NCBI RefSeq assembly: GCF_006345805.1
Contig: NW_021830079.1
Coordinates: 1 to 6,021 of the forward strand
DNA length: 6,021 nucleotides
Direction of reading: 5' to 3'
Source of the DNA: Octopus sinensis
Lineage: Eukaryota
The translations under genes and the position numbers were made by a program. The notes below the pieces were generated by a model that saw only the letters and a list, made by a program, of their open reading frames with translations, did not search any database and had not been told where the DNA came from. Numbering within the stretch: the stretch's first letter is position 1; the number at the start of each line of letters is the position of its first letter. Shown one piece after another: positions 5,848 to 6,021 of this stretch.

Positions 5848-6021
5848 TGGAACTTGAAAATCCTTGGTAGAGAAGTATATTTAGTTAAAAAATAGTAATG
5901 AGTTTTCTGATAATCCCCATACAAAACAAAACATCTCGAGGATAGAATCACTCTAGAGGGCACCACTAAACGAATTCAAGGCATGACTGAGCTCGATTAT
6001 TGGGACTGCCTTAAAGCCTTG

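Overview
Eukaryotic, AT-rich, non-coding DNA made almost entirely of repeats. The SINE families resemble ones I recall from coleoid cephalopod (Octopus-like) genomes; this comes from memory, not a search. No credible protein-coding gene: the listed ORFs fall in SINEs, microsatellites or the palindrome. Positions 1-4000 hold five fairly intact tRNA-derived SINEs with visible target-site duplications (TSDs) and one older SINE remnant. Two of the SINEs interrupt a decayed ~118-bp tandem array, and one interrupts a 64-bp foldback. The standout is 4463-5805. It is a (TA)n-embedded head-to-tail dimer (period 676 bp) of a ~295-bp-arm palindrome plus a ~60-bp tail. Every arm carries a minimal type I hammerhead-ribozyme motif: core UUGAAAA with the compensatory U3-A8 pair, and a palindromic ACGCGU stem III in the + strand copies. 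There are two motifs per strand. The sense arm plus tail forms a ~360-nt terminally redundant, hairpin-rich monomer, resembling a Penelope-like terminal repeat or retrozyme captured by fold-back self-priming.
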